Of a stretch of 41,474 bases of DNA, positions 33,732 to 41,474 are shown piece by piece. How positions within the stretch are numbered: position 1 is the stretch's first letter; each line of letters opens with the position of its first letter. The DNA comes from Tepidiformales bacterium (lineage in GTDB: Bacteria > Chloroflexota > Dehalococcoidia > Tepidiformales > Tepidiformaceae). A model generated the notes under the pieces. That model saw only the letters and a list, made by a program, of their open reading frames with translations, ran no database searches and was not told the origin of the DNA. The stretch spans positions 1 through 41,474 of the forward strand of contig JBBSKE010000001.1 of assembly GCA_038256595.1 (NCBI GenBank), given 5' to 3'. Made by a program: the position numbers and the translations under genes.

Positions 33732-34512
33732 CTACGAAACGCCCCACCCCTCGGAACTGCTGGCCGAATTCGCCCTCGGAGTTCTCTCTGAGCGCGATGC
33801 TGCGCGCGTCCGCGCCTTCATCGCCGAAGACGCGGACGCCATGAGCGAAGTCGAAGAGATGCTGCGCGTCGCTCGCCTGCTGCCCTTCGCCGCCGACGAC
33901 CGCGAGCCTTCGCAGGACCTTCGCCCTGGCCTCATGGAGCGCATCGCCCAGGAGCCCATCCCCCTGCCGGTCGCCGCAGTAGACGTGGAGCCGGAACTCC
34001 CGGCGAATGTCACGCCGATCCGCCGCCGCACCTCGTGGCTCGCCCCGGTGGCAGCTGCCGCTGCGGCCGTGTTCGTGCTCGCCGCGGGCATCGGCGGATA
34101 CGCCATTGGTTCTGGGAACGAAGATGAGACCGTGCGCGCCGAAGCCGAACGCCAGGGCGCGCTGCTCGCCGCCGTCGCTCATGGCCGAACGGACACCATC
34201 AGCACTGCTGATGGTGCCATCCGCGTCTCCGTGGTCCACGAGCGCGGCTCCGAGAGCGCCTACACGTGGGTCGAAGGGTTGCCGCCGCTGCCCGAGGGCA
34301 AGGCCTACCAGGCCTGGTTCACGCCGGACATGAAGCAGTTCGAACCCGGCCAGACGTTCGTTACGCACACCGGCGGCGTCTGGCTGGTCGCCAGCGAAGA
34401 GATGGAGAACTACGCCGCCATGGCGTTCACCGTCGAAGACGACGAGGGCGTGCAGGCGCCGACGCAGCCCCCGTTCGTGGTCGTGCCCCTGCAGGTGACT
34501 GCACGGCGCTAA
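33724..34512 (+). CDS. anti-sigma factor (RskA-like: N-terminal sigma-binding helix bundle, one TM, extracytoplasmic domain)
   Basis: 262 aa. It overlaps the sigma gene by 8 nt. The N-terminus reads LLAEFALGVLSERDAARVRAFI, the TM is WLAPVAAAAAAVFVLAAGIGGYAIG, and the C-terminal segment is GKAYQAWF.. Confidence 0.75.
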   Translation: MTDYETPHPSELLAEFALGVLSERDAARVRAFIAEDADAMSEVEEMLRVARLLPFAADDREPSQDLRPGLMERIAQEPIPLPVAAVDVEPELPANVTPIRRRTSWLAPVAAAAAAVFVLAAGIGGYAIGSGNEDETVRAEAERQGALLAAVAHGRTDTISTADGAIRVSVVHERGSESAYTWVEGLPPLPEGKAYQAWFTPDMKQFEPGQTFVTHTGGVWLVASEEMENYAAMAFTVEDDEGVQAPTQPPFVVVPLQVTARR

Positions 34513-34519
34513 CCGGCAG

Positions 34520-34630
34520 CTATTCGGCTGGCGGTGCGGGCTGCTCCGGCTTCGGCGCGGGGATGTTCATGTCGTAGCACTTCGGGCAGAGCCCATCGAA
34601 GCGCGTGCCACAGCGGGGGCAGGTTCTCAT
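34520..34630 (-). CDS. small zinc-ribbon protein (36 aa), not in the ORF track
   Basis: The reverse strand reads AGAGGAGcaacggacATG, then MRTCPRCGTRFDGLCPKCYDMNIPAPKPEQPAPPAE and a stop. It has two CxxC pairs, a strong SD, and begins 18 nt after the stop of the upstream 610-aa gene. Confidence 0.55.
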   Translation of the reverse strand: MRTCPRCGTRFDGLCPKCYDMNIPAPKPEQPAPPAE

Positions 34631-34648
34631 GTCCGTTGCTCCTCTTTG

Positions 34649-36481
34649 CTAGTCGAACCAGCGATATTCGCCGGGCTTGAGCGTGTAGACGGTGGTATTT
34701 CGCCGCGCGCTCACGGCAATGGTGCGCGGATAGCTGCGGTCGTTGCGAACCTGCACGCGAGCGCTGACTTCGCGCTGGGCGAGGTCAGCCATCCCGATAT
34801 GCCCCGAGTCCCCGGTCACGCGAGCGCCCCGGCCGGGCAGGCTCACCTGGAAGAGCAGGCCGTCGTGCGGGTTCACGCGAATATCGCCCATGCCCGCGAG
34901 GCTGCCATCCCAGGCGTTGAACGCGACTTCGCCCGGCGAGAGGAACTGCGATTGTGCCACCCAGGTCGCGTGGTCGCTGTTGTTGAGCAGCCCGATGAGC
35001 GAGCGGCCATCTTCGAGCGTGACCCGCCAGGCGAACGGCACCGGGCCATCTCCCGGGTCGTCGGGTTTCGCTGCGACGCCGGTCGCGGGGATGAGCGACA
35101 TCAGCATCTCGCGCTGTTCGAGCGGGATGGCCTGGGCGTCATCGGCTGCGAAGGCGGCGCCGCCGCTCAAGGCGATGCCGGTGGCGAGGAAGCGCACCTC
35201 CGCATCCGAAAGTTGCGCGCCGGACACGCCCGCAGTAAGGCTGCCGGCGTCGTTCGCCCACCAGCGGCCGTTCATCCAGCTGCGCTGGAGGGCGAGGCCC
35301 ATCGCGCGCCGCACTTCGGGCCAGGAGCCGTCCGTCGCTGGGCTCGTGCGTATGCCATCGACCAGCCCGAGCGCCGGCCCGAAGGGGCAATCGGCGGCCA
35401 GCAGGAAAACACCCTCACCAGCGGCCTCGCGGATGATTTCGAGCCCTCTGCGCAGGTTCGCCGGTCCAGTCGTGCTCGATTCTGTGTAAACGACGAGATC
35501 CGCGGCGACGGCAGCGCTGCCGAGCGATTCCAGCTCCAGGTACGAGTTCCCCTCATCGACGAGCGCGCGAACGGCAGCCGCGAGCCACTCCGCCGAGGCC
35601 GTGTTCGTGCAATCGAGCACCGCGACGCGTCTGGCGGGCGAATCGGCAAGGTAGAGGTCGCCCGAGGACGTCTTCAGGAACAGTTCCGGGTGTTCGGCGA
35701 GGATCGCGGACCCTTCGGCGGCCGTCAGCGGCGAAAATGTGACTCCCGCCTCGAAACCGGCCCCGCGGATGCGCGTGGCATCGCCAGCCGGGTCATCACT
35801 CTTCGGCACGACGACATACGTGCCGCTGGTCGAGCCTTTCGTCAGCGTCGAGGGCGTGCTGGCCAGTCGCAGGCCGGTAGGAGGGGTCGCCGGGATGCGC
35901 GCGCCAAGCTTTTCGGCGGCTGCCTCGGCGAATCCTTCGATGAGGCCGAGTGGTTCGCCGCCCTCGCGCACGTGAATCGCCGGCAGCGTCAGCGTTTCGC
36001 CCGGCGCGAGTTCAATCGCGCTTTCGAGGTCGAAGGAGAGAGTGATCTGCTTCAGGTCGAATTCGCCAGCGCTTGCATCGATGCGGACGTCGAAGAAGAA
36101 TCGGCCGGGTTCGATGCAGCCGACGACGAGCGATGGTTGGCCCTGCGCGGGCACCGAGAGCACCACGACCTCGCTGCTGCGATAGCGAGTGCCGTCGTCG
36201 AGGGCCTCGCGGTAGCTGCCGGTGTAGCCGCTCTCTTCCGCCTCGCCGAGCACACGGACCAGGGCGTCATCCTTCGCCGAGCGGCCATGCAGCCAGAGCG
36301 TCGAACCGGACGCCTTCAGCGGCAGCGCACTCGTGAACTCGAGCGTCTCGGGGCGCAGTGGCGAATCCCCGCTATTGGTGACGGAGAGGATTGTCTCGCC
36401 CGTCTCGAAATCGTGGGTGGTTTCCAGGGAGAGCCCAGGCTGCGCGGGCGTGAGGTCGATGTTCCAGGGCAATGTCGGCAC
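34649..36481 (-). CDS. alpha-galactosidase-like glycoside hydrolase (clan GH-D-like TIM barrel), function uncertain
   Basis: 610 aa with balanced composition; the antisense 627-aa ORF is R/G/A junk. The segments DGIRTSPATDGSW, RWWANDAGSL and LATGIALSGGAAFAADD resemble the R-x-x-x-D-x-x-W, W-N-D-P-D-M-L and post-barrel motifs of GH27/GH36 enzymes. The gene is adjacent to galK. Confidence 0.4.
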   Translation of the reverse strand: MPTLPWNIDLTPAQPGLSLETTHDFETGETILSVTNSGDSPLRPETLEFTSALPLKASGSTLWLHGRSAKDDALVRVLGEAEESGYTGSYREALDDGTRYRSSEVVVLSVPAQGQPSLVVGCIEPGRFFFDVRIDASAGEFDLKQITLSFDLESAIELAPGETLTLPAIHVREGGEPLGLIEGFAEAAAEKLGARIPATPPTGLRLASTPSTLTKGSTSGTYVVVPKSDDPAGDATRIRGAGFEAGVTFSPLTAAEGSAILAEHPELFLKTSSGDLYLADSPARRVAVLDCTNTASAEWLAAAVRALVDEGNSYLELESLGSAAVAADLVVYTESSTTGPANLRRGLEIIREAAGEGVFLLAADCPFGPALGLVDGIRTSPATDGSWPEVRRAMGLALQRSWMNGRWWANDAGSLTAGVSGAQLSDAEVRFLATGIALSGGAAFAADDAQAIPLEQREMLMSLIPATGVAAKPDDPGDGPVPFAWRVTLEDGRSLIGLLNNSDHATWVAQSQFLSPGEVAFNAWDGSLAGMGDIRVNPHDGLLFQVSLPGRGARVTGDSGHIGMADLAQREVSARVQVRNDRSYPRTIAVSARRNTTVYTLKPGEYRWFD

Positions 36482-36533
36482 TATCTGATGCTACCCTGCC
36501 GCCGCTCGATGCGCTGCTGCTGGCAGTGATACC

Positions 36534-37769
36534 TCAGTCGATTCGCCAGCCATCCGCTGCATGGACCACAAACGCGGGTCCGCCGCTGGTCGCAATCGCC
36601 GCTTCGAGCACCGCGTTCACTGTGTCAGGAGCCGCCACGGCGAGGGCGTAGCCGCCGAAGCCGCTTCCCGTGACCTTCGCGCCCCACGCCCCCGCCTTGC
36701 CCATCGCCTTAATCAGGTTGTTCAGCGCAGGAGTCGAGCATGCGAAATCGTCGCGCAGGCTGGTGTGCGACTCGACGAAGAGCGCGCCCGCCTTCGCGCC
36801 ATCGCCCGCTGCCATCGCTGCTTCGAGCGCGCCAACGCGTTGCGCCTCGGAGAGCACATGCAGGGCGGGTCCGCGGACGAGCACGGGCACCTGCGTCTCG
36901 AACTGCGAATGGCTGAGCTGCCCCAGCCGCGCCGGCAGGACTTCCGTCGCGCGCGCCACTTCCTTGATCGTCTGCTTCACCGGCAACTCTTCGGCGAGCA
37001 GGTCGATGACGTCGGTGTCGGAGACATCGCCGAGGAGCAACGTCTGGTTCGGGTCGAGGCCGATCATCTCTGCGAGCATCGCCGCCGCCATGCGCGTGCC
37101 TACCACCCGCTCGGCGTAGGCGCGCCGCACCATATCCGCGCGGCCAGCGGTATCGCCCGAAGAGGCGAGGATGAGCGCCCAATCTGCTGGCACGGGGACG
37201 AACCGCTGGGCGAACGGCTGCATGTCGACGTGGACGGCCATGCCAGCCGCGCCCGATGTGATGACCGAATGGTCCACGCCGCTGGTTTCGACGCCGAGCC
37301 GCCGTTCCGCGCGCGCCGCCGTTGCCGCGATGGCGGGCCGGTCCCAGCCGAGGTTCCAGAGAGCGTTCAGCGCCGCGACCACGCCAATCATCAGCGCGGC
37401 CGACGAGGCGAGGCCACCATTCGCGGGCAGGTCGCTCGCAATCGCGATGCGCGCGCCGCGATTGATCCCGGCGCCGACCTCGCTGAGGGCTGCTTCGAGC
37501 TGCTTCGCCCAGCCGTGGGCCGAATGCGTGCCCGGTTCGATGCGCGCGAGGCCCTCGAACTCCGCCGAGACCGCCTGGATGCCCGGTTCGGCCGATTCGC
37601 TCGCCGCCACGAAGATTGCGCGGTCGATGGTCATCGCCAGGACGGGGAGCATCGAGTGGTCCGTGTGTTCGCCTGCGAGGATGACGCGGCCGGGGACGCG
37701 CACCATGACTGCGGGCAACGGCCCGAATCGTTCGACAAAGAGGTCGCGGGCGCGCACTTCGCTGGTCAT
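36534..37769 (-). CDS. galK: galactokinase (GHMP kinase family)
   Basis: ORF 36534..37964(-), trimmed to ATG 37769 (MTSEVRARDLFVERFG..). The galactokinase signature is PGRVILAGEHTDHS. The GHMP motif is LPANGGLASSAAL, and GAKVTGSGFGGYALAV is also present. Confidence 0.85.
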   Translation of the reverse strand: MTSEVRARDLFVERFGPLPAVMVRVPGRVILAGEHTDHSMLPVLAMTIDRAIFVAASESAEPGIQAVSAEFEGLARIEPGTHSAHGWAKQLEAALSEVGAGINRGARIAIASDLPANGGLASSAALMIGVVAALNALWNLGWDRPAIAATAARAERRLGVETSGVDHSVITSGAAGMAVHVDMQPFAQRFVPVPADWALILASSGDTAGRADMVRRAYAERVVGTRMAAAMLAEMIGLDPNQTLLLGDVSDTDVIDLLAEELPVKQTIKEVARATEVLPARLGQLSHSQFETQVPVLVRGPALHVLSEAQRVGALEAAMAAGDGAKAGALFVESHTSLRDDFACSTPALNNLIKAMGKAGAWGAKVTGSGFGGYALAVAAPDTVNAVLEAAIATSGGPAFVVHAADGWRID

Positions 37770-39163
37770 CGGTCCGGGCCCAGGGCTGCACGTAGGCCCG
37801 CCGCCGCGATCCGAACCTGCCGTGGCGCCGCCGCACCGGGGATGTCGCGCGCATCGAGCGCCGATTCGACCGAAAGCTCGAGGATGTCCGCTTCGAAGAG
37901 GTCGCTCGCCGCCTGGTAGGCCGCGAATGGCAGGCCCGCGAGTTCGCAGCCGCGCGTCTCGCATTCGCGCACGAGGCCACCGACCACCGCGTGGGCTTCG
38001 CGGAAGGGCATCCCCTTCTTCACGAGGTAGTCCGCCACATCGGTCGCGAGCGAGAAGTTCTCGCCGGCTGCCTGGCGCATGCGTGGAAGCTGGAATTCGA
38101 GCGCCGGGATCATCGCCGCGAAGATCGTCACGGTCGGGATGAGCGCCTCGGCGGCGTTGAGGATGGCCGCCTTGTCTTCCTGGAGGTCGCGGTTGTAGGC
38201 GAGCGGCAGGCCTTTCTGCTGGATGAGGATGTTCACGAGTTCACCAACCACGCGCCCCGTGCGTCCGCGCGCGAGCTCGGCTACGTCGGCGTTCTTCTTC
38301 TGAGGCATCATACTCGACCCCGTGGCGAACCCATCCGGCAGCTTCACGAAGCCGAACTCGGCGCTCGCCCAGAGGATGATGTCCTCAGCGAAGCGCGAGG
38401 CGTGGACCTGGGCCATCGCGCAGGCGGCGATGAACTCGGCCGCATAATCACGGTCAGCGGTGGCGTCGAGGCTGTTGCGCGTCACGCCGACGAATCCGAG
38501 TTCGAAGGCGACAGCTTCGCGGTCCAGCGGATAGGGCGAACCAGCCAGCGCCCCCGCCCCGAGCGGCGAGAGATTCACCCGCGTCCGGCAATCGAGGAAG
38601 CGCGAGCGGTCCCGCGCGAACATCTCGCCGTATGCGAGGAGGTGGTGGCCAAGGGTGACTGGCTGTGCGCGCTGGACGTGCGTGTATCCCGGCATCGGCG
38701 CGCCAGCGTGGAGTTCGCCGAGGTCGCAGAGGACCGAGACGAGGCGATGCAGTTCGCTCGCCGCCCGGTCGCAGAGGGAGCGCACGAGCAGCCGGTTGAG
38801 GAGCGAGACCTGGTCGTTGCGGGAGCGCGCGGTGTGCAGCCGGCCGGCCGCCTCCCCGGCGTATTCGTGCAGCAGCACCTCGACGTGGGTGTGGATGTCC
38901 TCAAGTTCTGGCCGCCAGGTCACTTTTCCCGTGCGAAAGTCGTCGAGCACGCGCGCCAGGCCGGTGACCAGCGCGTCCGCATCCTCGGCCGGGATAATGC
39001 CCTGCGCGCCGAGCATGCGGGCGTGCGCAATCGAGCCCTGGATGTCGAACTCGTAGAGCTGCGCATCGACGCCGGCTGTGTAGTCGCGCGTGAGGGTGTC
39101 CATGTCGCCTTCGAAGCGGCCGCCCCAGGTTCGAATCTCGCTGCGCTGTTCGCCGTCCGTCAT
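37766..39163 (-). CDS. argH: argininosuccinate lyase
   Basis: 465 aa. Motifs are WGGRFEG, DIQGSIAHARML, HTARSRNDQV and GSSMMPQKKNADVAEL (the fumarate-lyase signature). Confidence 0.95.
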   Translation of the reverse strand: MTDGEQRSEIRTWGGRFEGDMDTLTRDYTAGVDAQLYEFDIQGSIAHARMLGAQGIIPAEDADALVTGLARVLDDFRTGKVTWRPELEDIHTHVEVLLHEYAGEAAGRLHTARSRNDQVSLLNRLLVRSLCDRAASELHRLVSVLCDLGELHAGAPMPGYTHVQRAQPVTLGHHLLAYGEMFARDRSRFLDCRTRVNLSPLGAGALAGSPYPLDREAVAFELGFVGVTRNSLDATADRDYAAEFIAACAMAQVHASRFAEDIILWASAEFGFVKLPDGFATGSSMMPQKKNADVAELARGRTGRVVGELVNILIQQKGLPLAYNRDLQEDKAAILNAAEALIPTVTIFAAMIPALEFQLPRMRQAAGENFSLATDVADYLVKKGMPFREAHAVVGGLVRECETRGCELAGLPFAAYQAASDLFEADILELSVESALDARDIPGAAAPRQVRIAAAGLRAALGPDR

Positions 39164-39900
39164 GGCGCGGCCTTCAAAAGCGGGATATCGAGCAATTCAC
39201 TCACCTCATCGAACACGTAATCGGGAATGACGTTCTCGGCGTCTGGTTTCGAACGTTTCCAGGCGGCGAGCATGCCCAGCGCCTGCGCCCCGGCGATGTC
39301 CTCGGCGAGCGAGTTGCCGACCATCATCGTCTCCTCGGCGGTCGTGCCCAGAGCCTCCAGGGCGGCTTCGAAGAGGCCCCGGTGCGGCTTGATAAAGCCA
39401 ACCTCGACCGAAACGGCACTCGCATCCCAGCCGACATCGAGGCCAGTCTCGCGCAGGTCCGCCCGGAAGCGTTCGCCGCCAAAGCTGCGGTTCGTGGCCA
39501 TGCCGAGGAGGAATCCGCGCCGCTTCAGTTCTAGCAGCGTCTCCACGGCGTCCGAATAGGCCACTTTGCCGCCCTCGGGCCCGGAGATGTAGATCGCCTC
39601 GAGTAGCTGCATCGCCTCGGGAATCGGCATTGGGAGGCCGATCGCGGTCAGAGCTTCGCGCGCGACCTCGCCATAGTCCGGTTCGATGCCCGTGGTGCGC
39701 TTGGCGTGGCTCGCGGCCTGCTCCATCGCGTCCCAGGCGGTGCGGGAGACCTGCGCCGGGTCCTCGACGAGATAACCGGCGTCGCGGAGGAAGTTCGCGG
39801 CGCGTTCGGCCGCCATCGCCCGGAATTCCTGGGGCGATGGGGGGTTCGGCGCGTACCAGAGGGTATCGCCAATATCGAAAAGTAATGCACGAATAGCCAT
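39160..39900 (-). CDS. HAD-superfamily hydrolase
   Basis: ORF 39160..39915(-). Motif I is LLFDIGDTLW, and the C-terminal MVGNSLAEDIAGA is motif IV-like. The start is at ATG 39900. The stop overlaps the argH start by 4 nt. Confidence 0.75.
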   Translation of the reverse strand: MAIRALLFDIGDTLWYAPNPPSPQEFRAMAAERAANFLRDAGYLVEDPAQVSRTAWDAMEQAASHAKRTTGIEPDYGEVAREALTAIGLPMPIPEAMQLLEAIYISGPEGGKVAYSDAVETLLELKRRGFLLGMATNRSFGGERFRADLRETGLDVGWDASAVSVEVGFIKPHRGLFEAALEALGTTAEETMMVGNSLAEDIAGAQALGMLAAWKRSKPDAENVIPDYVFDEVSELLDIPLLKAAP

Positions 39901-40014
39901 ATGAACCGGAGCCAACCGCCGTCGATCATCTTGTCACCCCCTCTCGATGCGGACAACGAACGGCCCACTTCTGCTGCACTCCCCTGTTGCTGCTGTCGCG
40001 GTACACTCGACCCC

Positions 40015-41474
40015 ATGCCAGTTCGCGCCACTCGTACGCTCGTCACCGCGCCCGTGCTGCCGGCGCCCCTCCGCCCCCTCGAGGTTCTCGCCGAGAACCT
40101 CCTCTGGACCTGGCACCCATCGATCCGCGAGGTGTTCGTGGCGATCGACCCGGTTCGCTGGGAGCAATTCGGCCACAACCCCGTGCTCATGCTCCAATCG
40201 CTCACTCCCGAAGATTGCGAGCGCCTTTCGACTGACAACACCTATCTCGCGACGCTCCAGCTCGGCCTCGACTTCCAGGAACGCTACCTCGCCCGCCCGC
40301 TGAACGTCCCCGAGGGGCTCGCTCCCGGGCAGGTGGTCGCCTATTTCTCGCTCGAGTTCGCGCTCACAGAGTCGCTGCCTATCTATTCGGGCGGCCTCGG
40401 CGTGCTCGCGGGGGATCACCTCAAATCCGCCAGCGACCTGAACCTGCCGCTCGTCGGGCTCGGGCTCTACTACCGCGAGGGCTACTTCCAGCAATCGCTC
40501 TCGGCGGACGGCTGGCAGGAGGAGATCTACTCAATCGTCGATCCGGCCTTCCAACCGACGCAGCTCGTGCGCCGCGAGAATGGCGACGAGTTGCGTATCG
40601 GCGTGATGGTCACCGGCCGCATTGTTCAGGTGCGAGCATGGGTGGTCCACGTGGGCGGCGTGCGCCTCTTTTTGGTCGATTCCGACGTGCCAGAGAACGT
40701 GCCCGAAGACCGAAACATCACCTCCCGGCTCTACGGCGGCGATGCCGAGACGCGCCTCCGCCAGGAGATGCTCCTGGGCATCGGCGGCGTCCGCATCCTC
40801 CGCGAGATGGGCTTCGATGTCGCCGTGTTCCATATGAACGAAGGCCACTCTTCGCTCCTCGGGCTGGAACGCTCGCGCGTCTTCGTGCGCGAACATGGGC
40901 TCTCGCTTGCCGCGGCGCAGCAGGCCGTCTCCGCCTCGACCGTGTTCACGACACACACGCCGGTCGCCGCCGGGATCGATGTCTTCACGCCGGAGATGCT
41001 CACCCGCCATCTCGGCCCCGAATTCGCCGAGGCCGGGCTCACCACCGGACACATCCTCTCCCTCGGGCGGATGTACCCAGGCGACCAGCAAGAGCCGCTC
41101 TCCATGGCGATCCTCGGCCTGCGCCTGAGCGCCTTCCGCAACGGCGTCTCGCGGCTCCATGGTGACGTCTCGCGCGAGCTATGGAATGGCGCCTGGGAAG
41201 GCGTGCCCATTGAACAGATCCCGATCGGCTCGATCACGAACGGGGTCCACCTGCCGACCTGGATTTCGCCCTCGATGGCCCGTCTCTTCGACCGCTACAT
41301 TGGCTCCGACTGGCGCGACGCCCCCACCGACCCGGCGAGCTGGGCGGGCCTCAAGAACATCCCGCCCGAAGAGACCTGGGCGGTTCGCAACGAAGAGCGA
41401 GCCCGCCTCGTCGCCCGCGTGCGTTCGGCCAAGCGCGAAGATGCGCTCTCCCGCGGCCTGCCGGTCGGCAAGGC
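40015..41474 (+). CDS. glgP: alpha-glucan (glycogen/maltodextrin) phosphorylase, GT35, 5' part only (open to the right edge)
   Basis: Not in the track (no stop within the window). From ATG 40015 the frame reads MPVRATRTLVTAPVLPAPLRPLEVLAENLLWTWHP..VAYFSLEFALTESLPIYSGGLGVLAGDHLKSASDLNLPLVGLGLYYREGYFQQ.. These are hallmark motifs of the DUF3417-type alpha-glucan phosphorylases. Confidence 0.85.
   Translation, partial: MPVRATRTLVTAPVLPAPLRPLEVLAENLLWTWHPSIREVFVAIDPVRWEQFGHNPVLMLQSLTPEDCERLSTDNTYLATLQLGLDFQERYLARPLNVPEGLAPGQVVAYFSLEFALTESLPIYSGGLGVLAGDHLKSASDLNLPLVGLGLYYREGYFQQSLSADGWQEEIYSIVDPAFQPTQLVRRENGDELRIGVMVTGRIVQVRAWVVHVGGVRLFLVDSDVPENVPEDRNITSRLYGGDAETRLRQEMLLGIGGVRILREMGFDVAVFHMNEGHSSLLGLERSRVFVREHGLSLAAAQQAVSASTVFTTHTPVAAGIDVFTPEMLTRHLGPEFAEAGLTTGHILSLGRMYPGDQQEPLSMAILGLRLSAFRNGVSRLHGDVSRELWNGAWEGVPIEQIPIGSITNGVHLPTWISPSMARLFDRYIGSDWRDAPTDPASWAGLKNIPPEETWAVRNEERARLVARVRSAKREDALSRGLPVGK

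Noticed and set aside
34646-36529. 627-aa ORF on the plus strand
   Set aside because: It is antisense to the 610-aa glycosidase-like gene. It is extremely Arg/Ala/Gly-rich (..RRGRVRAIEHRDASGGRIGKVEVARGRLQEQ..). The minus frame has normal composition and GH-like segments.
36561-39220. Plus-strand ORFs 36561..37919 (452 aa), 37171..38142 (323 aa) and 37991..39220 (409 aa)
   Set aside because: They are antisense or off-frame relative to galK and argH, whose minus-strand frames carry diagnostic signatures (GEHTDHS, GSSMMPQKKN).
1-41474. CRISPR arrays, rRNA genes, IS elements, toxin-antitoxin or recognisable defence-system genes
   Set aside because: The only direct repeats are the 7-bp x5 and 25-bp x2.3 tracts, which are too short and lack spacers for CRISPR. 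No ORF shows nuclease/helicase/methylase defence hallmarks, transposase DDE motifs or integrase motifs.

Overview
This is a 41.5-kb, high-GC, densely coding bacterial chromosomal segment. The taxon cannot be fixed from this window. A secretin-less Tad locus plus a decaprenyl-phosphate phosphoribosyltransferase-like gene would fit a high-GC monoderm-like lineage such as Chloroflexota or Actinomycetota, but that is inference only.

I support 39 protein-coding genes (2 partial at the window edges, 2 below the ORF-track size cut-off), one tRNA-Pro(CGG), three hairpin terminators, two short tandem repeats and a pair of perfect palindromes. I saw no rRNA, CRISPR array, transposase, integrase or phage genes.

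Layout:
- 1-23.2 kb is metabolic and housekeeping: a gap gene followed by an ArsJ-like MFS fragment, acyl-CoA dehydrogenase, VOC protein, DUF1361, a sulfite-oxidase-like Mo enzyme, a UbiA-family phosphoribosyltransferase, xseAB, a PurN-like formyltransferase, a YciI plus long sigma factor pair, four family-III CoA-transferase modules (two of them fused in one 811-aa protein), a 927-aa M16 peptidase, tRNA-Pro, panE-like reductase, DUF3237, a PlsC-like acyltransferase and an M20 peptidase.
- 23.2-34.5 kb is a Tad/Flp-type pilus island: prepilin peptidase, DUF192, tadC, tadB, cpaF, cpaE/tadZ with a pseudo-receiver, cpaB, two tandem TadG-like paralogs, and a divergent ECF sigma/anti-sigma pair.
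- 34.5-41.5 kb holds a small zinc-ribbon ORF, an alpha-galactosidase-like protein, galK, argH, a HAD hydrolase and the 5' part of glgP.

Most noteworthy:
- The Tad island has no secretin and no recognisable Flp pilin. It has two long non-coding spacers (420 and 334 bp), and the 420-bp one carries perfect 12-, 14- and 10-bp palindromes.
- The covalently duplicated CoA-transferase stands out, as does the apparent variation at the catalytic-Asp position across the four modules.
- A 25-bp tandem repeat sits upstream of the CoA-transferase operon.
- A (GCTAGMA)x5 microsatellite abuts the xseA start codon.
- The gap/ArsJ-like adjacency suggests an arsenate-resistance module.

I cannot point to a clearly novel defence-type or otherwise unprecedented system. 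The Tad island is the best candidate for something non-canonical.

All product calls rest on motif recognition by eye, with no database search. Start codons are predictions. Many long ORFs in the track are antisense or off-frame shadows typical of high-GC DNA, and I rejected them.
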